Source of the DNA: Octopus sinensis
Lineage: Eukaryota
NCBI RefSeq assembly: GCF_006345805.1
Contig: NC_043005.1
Coordinates: 56,172,001-56,236,000 of the forward strand
Reading direction: 5' to 3'
Length of the DNA: 64,000 nt
In this document: positions 62,991 to 64,000 of the stretch, piece by piece
Layout: every line of letters starts with the position of its first letter
How positions within the stretch are numbered: position 1 is the first letter of the stretch
The notes under the pieces: model-generated
Told to the model about the DNA's origin: nothing
Seen by the model: the letters and a program-made list of their open reading frames with translations, nothing else
The model's database searches: none
Translations under genes and position numbers: made by a program

Positions 62991-64000
62991 ATCTGTTTAT
63001 TGTTTACACATCCGTCTTCATCTTTTGTTCTTTTGTAAATTCTCTCCCTCTCTCTCTCATATATACATATATCTCAAAAGCATCCACACAGTTTTTGTTT
63101 ACTATGTTTGACATGAAAGGCATTGGGAAACTTGATACTATGGTAGAATGCACTTGCTTAAATTCTTATGTTGTGGAATCAAATCCGTGTATGTAACTGT
63201 AAAACAAATTTCTTAACCACACAGCCATGCCTGAATTCTTTTTCTTTTTTTTTTTTTTGTCTTTTGAAAGAAAACCTATATGTTGCTTTGGATTTGTATA
63301 AATTCAATAATAAATTTTGTCACTACAATTCTTTGATAAAATTTACTTTGATAAATTTCTTTAAAGTTAACAGACAACTTAGTAACCATAAGAGTGATAT
63401 CAAAAAAATAAAAACAGCTAATATCAAACTTTTGAGTTTTCTTTTATAGTTTGAGTATCTTCTAAAGAAAGTCAGTTTTAGCAGACCACTATTTTTTGAA
63501 TTTATCTCAGACGGCTGTTTGCAAAAGTTTCCTAATCGTCGTCCTCATGTAGCATTCTAATCCACTTCTAGAAAGCTTACTCAAACCTTAAAGCTGTGAA
63601 GAAAGATAAAATTTTTGACTTATCATACCTTGATCAAAACCAAGTTACTAGAGCTAAACAAAACAGATTTTTTTTGAACTGTCAACTGCAGAAAACCACT
63701 ACTAAACATTGAAGTGAACAGTTTTATTGCTAAAAATGTAAACTTCACAAGACTGCTGAATATATCAATCTAAGAATGCAAAATTCCCCTGAGAAATGCT
63801 AAAAAGAGACAACTAAAAAGAAAGAAAAAATTAGTGAAGTAAATGTAATTATTAGTTATGTAATTTTCAGTCTAAAATTACTCTTGTTACCATTCTCAGT
63901 TACTTCATTACAAAACAAGTTACTTAAATGTAATTTTGGTGTCTAACTTCGGTACAAAACCATTAATGTAGGGTAAAGGTACATAAATCATCAAACAAAA

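Noticed and set aside
516-63449. The short ORFs of the supplied six-frame track
   Set aside because: Almost all are 60-130 aa frames running through microsatellites or SINEs (YIYI, HTHT, SLSL runs) with no recognisable domain. Only 48461-48763 (contains the real exon), 11534-11728 (RTE remnant) and 26503-26763 (possible ORF1 remnant) overlap in-frame coding-derived sequence.

Overview
AT-rich, microsatellite- and SINE-dense eukaryotic genomic DNA, most likely from an octopod cephalopod (inferred from the repeat families; no database check possible). The only host protein-coding signal I can support is two spliced + strand exons (48515-48661, 61865-62023) encoding the N-terminal split-PH segment and most of the PDZ domain of a gamma-syntrophin (SNTG1/SNTG2/Syn2-like). 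The start exon is not securely identified. The rest is intron or upstream DNA carrying several tRNA-derived and RTE-tailed SINE families, an internally deleted mariner, two non-autonomous Helitrons (one apparently carrying a LINE ORF1 remnant), TTAA-flanked piggyBac-type MITEs and an RTE reverse-transcriptase fragment. Two tandem duplications look like long-read assembly artefacts. The most notable observation is three minimal type I hammerhead-ribozyme-like motifs with palindromic helix III. They lie in small non-coding repeats of Penelope pseudo-LTR / retrozyme architecture: 21966-22008 (+, inside a 361-bp direct-repeat unit), 22310-22370 (-, inside a 68-bp inverted repeat) and 32127-32164 (-, in a (TA)n-embedded element). 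Activity is unverified. Nearly all ORFs in the supplied track are spurious. No CRISPR array, rRNA or genuine tRNA gene was found. Most repeat boundaries are approximate.
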